Shown piece by piece: positions 60,995 through 64,000 of a stretch of DNA of 64,000 bases (position 1 is its first letter; every line of letters begins with the position of its first letter). The notes below the pieces were generated by a model. That model did no database searches and had not been told where the DNA came from. It worked only from the letters and a program-made list of their open reading frames with translations. This DNA is from Podarcis vaucheri (Eukaryota): NCBI GenBank assembly GCA_965113315.1, contig OZ220363.1. One strand, 5' to 3'. The position numbers and the translations under genes were made by a program.

Positions 60995-61501
60995 TGTCAG
61001 GGTCTGGGCAGAGGAGGAGGAATGGTGGAGACCACCTCCCCATCCTAACCCTTCCAGGGAGGAGGAAGAAGAAGACAGTATAGATTTACAACAGTGGTTT
61101 GCGGGAGGTCACAGCTCAGAGGCAGATGAGGGGGGAAGTTGGGGAATCATGGGAAAGGAGGAGCAGGCAGAGCCGGAGCAGCAGCTGGCTGACACATAGA
61201 AAGCATTCCAGACCTCCCAGATCTCCCAGAAACCGGTGAACCTTAAAAGTAGGAGAACAAAGAGCTCAAAGACAGATGGCACTTAGCAGCACCCATAGAA
61301 GAGAAGATGATGATAATGACAAAGGAGAAAGTGGGAGAAAAAGAGGGTGGAGGTTCACTCAGGACACCACCATTATCCAAGAGGCTGGGTTCTATAGCCT
61401 CTCACTGTAAAGTTTGAAATAAAAAAGGACTGTAATAAACTTTTCCTTGTCTTTATACTTTCCTGGGCAACCAACTGGGAGCTGCTGACAGCATCCTGAC
61501 A
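60995..61501 (+). mobile_element. Candidate Gypsy-like solo LTR
   Basis: Perfect 7-bp inverted ends TGTCAGG...CCTGACA; purine-rich U3; AATAAA near 61418 and 61434; TSD unclear. Confidence 0.6.
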
Positions 61502-61953
61502 GTGTTGTGTGTTTTGGTTGGCATTTAACAGCATTTGGATAATTGTTTTAATTTATTATTACCTGCAGAGAGCTTTTAAGATGGGTGGAGTGCAAATCTT
61601 TTTTTAAAAAAAGTCAGATGTGACCAAACATTAAGAAAAGTAGCACAATTAGCGAGGAATTCATCGATTGCACCATTGCAGCAGCAGAGACCTCTCCCGC
61701 CCCCGCCCCCCATCAACAAGTTAATCATGAATTGCCCAGAAGTTCAAGCAGGAAGTTCAAGAGAAGACAAGAGAGGCATGCAAATTGTTGGCTTTAATCA
61801 TTTGCAACACACACTGGTAATGCAAACACAAGATTTAGAGAGCAACACAACAATTCAACAACGCACCACAAGTGCAAAGGCACCACAAGAAGGGTACTAG
61901 CAAACAGTTCAAAGCACCCATGATGCTATTCCAGCAAATAAGAAAAGCCTATA

Positions 61954-62179
61954 CAGTGGTACCTCAGGTTACATACGCTTCAGGTTACAGACTCCGCTAA
62001 CCCAGAAATAGTGCTTCAGGTTAAGAACTTTGCTTCAGGATGAGAACAGAAATTGTGCTCTGACAGCGCGGCGGCAGCAGGAGGCCCCATTAGCTAAAGT
62101 GGTGCTTCAGGTTAAGAACAGTTTCAGGTTAAGAACGGACCTCCGGAACGAATTAAGTACTTAACCCGAGGTACCACTG
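61954..62179. mobile_element. Tc1/mariner (Tigger-like) MITE
   Basis: TIRs CAGTGGTACCTC.GGTTA / TAACCCGAGGTACCACTG, TA TSD, repeated TTCAGGTTAAGAAC. Confidence 0.9.
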
Positions 62180-62364
62180 TATAGTACAATCTCTCTCTTT
62201 GAAACTTGATTTTGATTTTACTGTAGTATTACTGCCATCTTCTTATACTGGTTTTAGGTGTTGTATTTATTGTACAGTTGTTTTTATGTGTGTTTTCCTT
62301 TGAAGAGGCACAACACATTTGTGTGTGCATCTACAAGAAGGCAGTTTCTGCACATGCTGTAAAG

Positions 62365-62720
62365 GGAAATGAAGGGCAGGTGGGGCTCGTCAACCTGGGA
62401 AGGTAGCCCATCAAGGAGAAGGAAAACTCTGATCCTAAACCTCTGCTGCCTTGCGGCTATACTCATTTGTGAGAAAGGCTTTGGGAGTAAACCCTGAGGA
62501 ACAATCCATACGCACTGTCTTGTGGGACATCTTCAGGAGAAGAGGCGAAGGAGTAAACCTATGGAGTATCTGCAGCAGCACAACTGGACACTTTCATCTG
62601 TCCCAGCCACAACAAAACATGTCTCTACAGCCACAGCGGGCTCTGTAACTCTCCAATCATCTGACTTCATCTGCAAAGGTGCACTCCTCCATTGTCTACC
62701 AAGACAGAGGGATGCCAATC
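62365..62720 (+). mobile_element. Non-autonomous Vingi/RTE-like retroelement
   Basis: 5' AGGAGAAGGAAAACTCTGA motif; the 3' end CTCCATTGTCT..AGACAGA.GGATGCCAA is also found inverted at ~10935-10990. Confidence 0.5.
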
Positions 62721-64000
62721 AGATTATCATTGAAAACTCCCAAGTTTTCTTCTATCTCTCACAGCTCATGAAGAGGCTGTTCTACCTGCTCTATATCAAC
62801 ACCCATAGTCATTCCACAGTTGTCCCCTGTCCCAACATTTTCCTCTCAATTTGATACTGGTTGGCCTGTTTAATAACTGTGTTTACAACTGCCACCCAGA
62901 ACATATCAGATCACTGGATCTCCTCTTGATTTATTGTTAAATGAATGACCAATGACGCAGAGAAAAGAATCCAATAAAAAACTCCTATGCTTTTCACAAT
63001 GCTATTCTGAGTTCAGACTTTCCATTTAATTCACCATGCTCACCTTTTCCTGGAAATGATGCTGAGAAAGTTTATTTGGCTTTTTAAATTACTGCTAAAA
63101 CCTAAACCTAAACATTTAAGGCTGCAATCCATCACCGTGAGACAAGTCTCTTAATAACCTGGTTATCTGCCAGAGCATTTGCACCATGCTGACCTTGCCA
63201 ATACCCATCTCCTTCTCCCAGTATGTCATAGCAATGCTGGTGACAGGAAGTCAGGTAAGTACTACTGCCCCACCCTGCCTCTACTGCATGTGGAGACAGT
63301 AGGCTAGCTTGGGGGTTGGGGTTGGACTGGGTCACATGGCACATGGAACTCTGTCCTCTAACATCCTGCCAGTGCTACCCATTCTCCAGCATCTGCTTCC
63401 TGAGCCAGTTATCTCCCTCAGCCTAATGTTAAAGCCAGTCCTGCTTTGTGTATGTGCCCCACAAAATATTTACTTACTCTGCTAAATTTGCATTCTGAGG
63501 TGCTTATTCAGGAAGAATTATATGTGATATTTTCATTCAGTCATCCGCTGGTAACATCTCTCCATAGTTTCTAGGGAAAATTCCTCTGTGAACATAGATG
63601 TGGACATGATCTAGATCAATGAATCAAGCAAACCTCATAAACAACCTGTCATGAACAACCATTTTTCTTCATGAAAAGTCCAGTCCACTGATATTTCAGT
63701 GACCGAGGCCAACACAATAACCCTTTAACTGAGGGAGGAGTGGTAAATTAAATACAAACGGCTTTAGAAATAGGCTGGCATGAGGTAAAAATGCCCAGCC
63801 TAAACTGAGATTGATGGACCCAACATGGGGTCACTGACTGAAGTGCAATAATGTTGCCCATATTACTTACTTTTCTATGACCTGAACATGGGACTTCATT
63901 TTTTTATTATTAGAAAAGGGAGAAACGACAGTGTAAAGATTATAAAAGATAAAACAACATATCATTGTTCAACAAAAATACATAAACTGATACCCGCATG

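Noticed and set aside
62365-62470. HDV-like ribozyme at the 5' end of the Vingi/RTE-like element
   Set aside because: I could not build the nested double pseudoknot by hand; a covariance-model search would be needed.

Overview
Squamate (probably lacertid lizard) genomic DNA. The window is dominated by the 5' three-quarters of a gel-forming mucin gene on the minus strand. It is MUC5AC-like, although MUC5B cannot be fully excluded. I traced 32 exons by hand, from a TATA-box promoter at ~44610 and an ATG at 44538 down to 2018. All have GT-AG boundaries and consistent phases, giving 11,073 nt (3,691 codons) of open frame. The encoded domains are a signal peptide, an unusual Gln/Tyr/acidic exon 2, D1-D2-D'-D3, and a 6,744-nt central exon 31 with 10 CysD domains in Thr-rich PTS repeats; the gene continues beyond position 1. 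The introns and the 19-kb upstream region hold typical squamate repeats: CR1, L1, L2, Penelope, Sauria and tRNA-derived SINEs, Tc1/pogo, hAT and Harbinger MITEs, and several solo-LTR candidates. The most notable observations are: (1) a retrovirus-like LTR ~3.7 kb upstream of the mucin promoter whose predicted R region starts with a TAR-like bulged hairpin followed by a hairpin occluding AAUAAA; (2) the Gln/Tyr/acidic N-terminal exon; (3) a nested higher-order CysD/PTS repeat with a readable recombination history; (4) two Sauria SINEs inserted sequentially at one site, leaving a triple TSD; (5) a decayed hammerhead ribozyme in a Penelope fragment. All family assignments come from pattern recognition and remembered sequences, not database searches.
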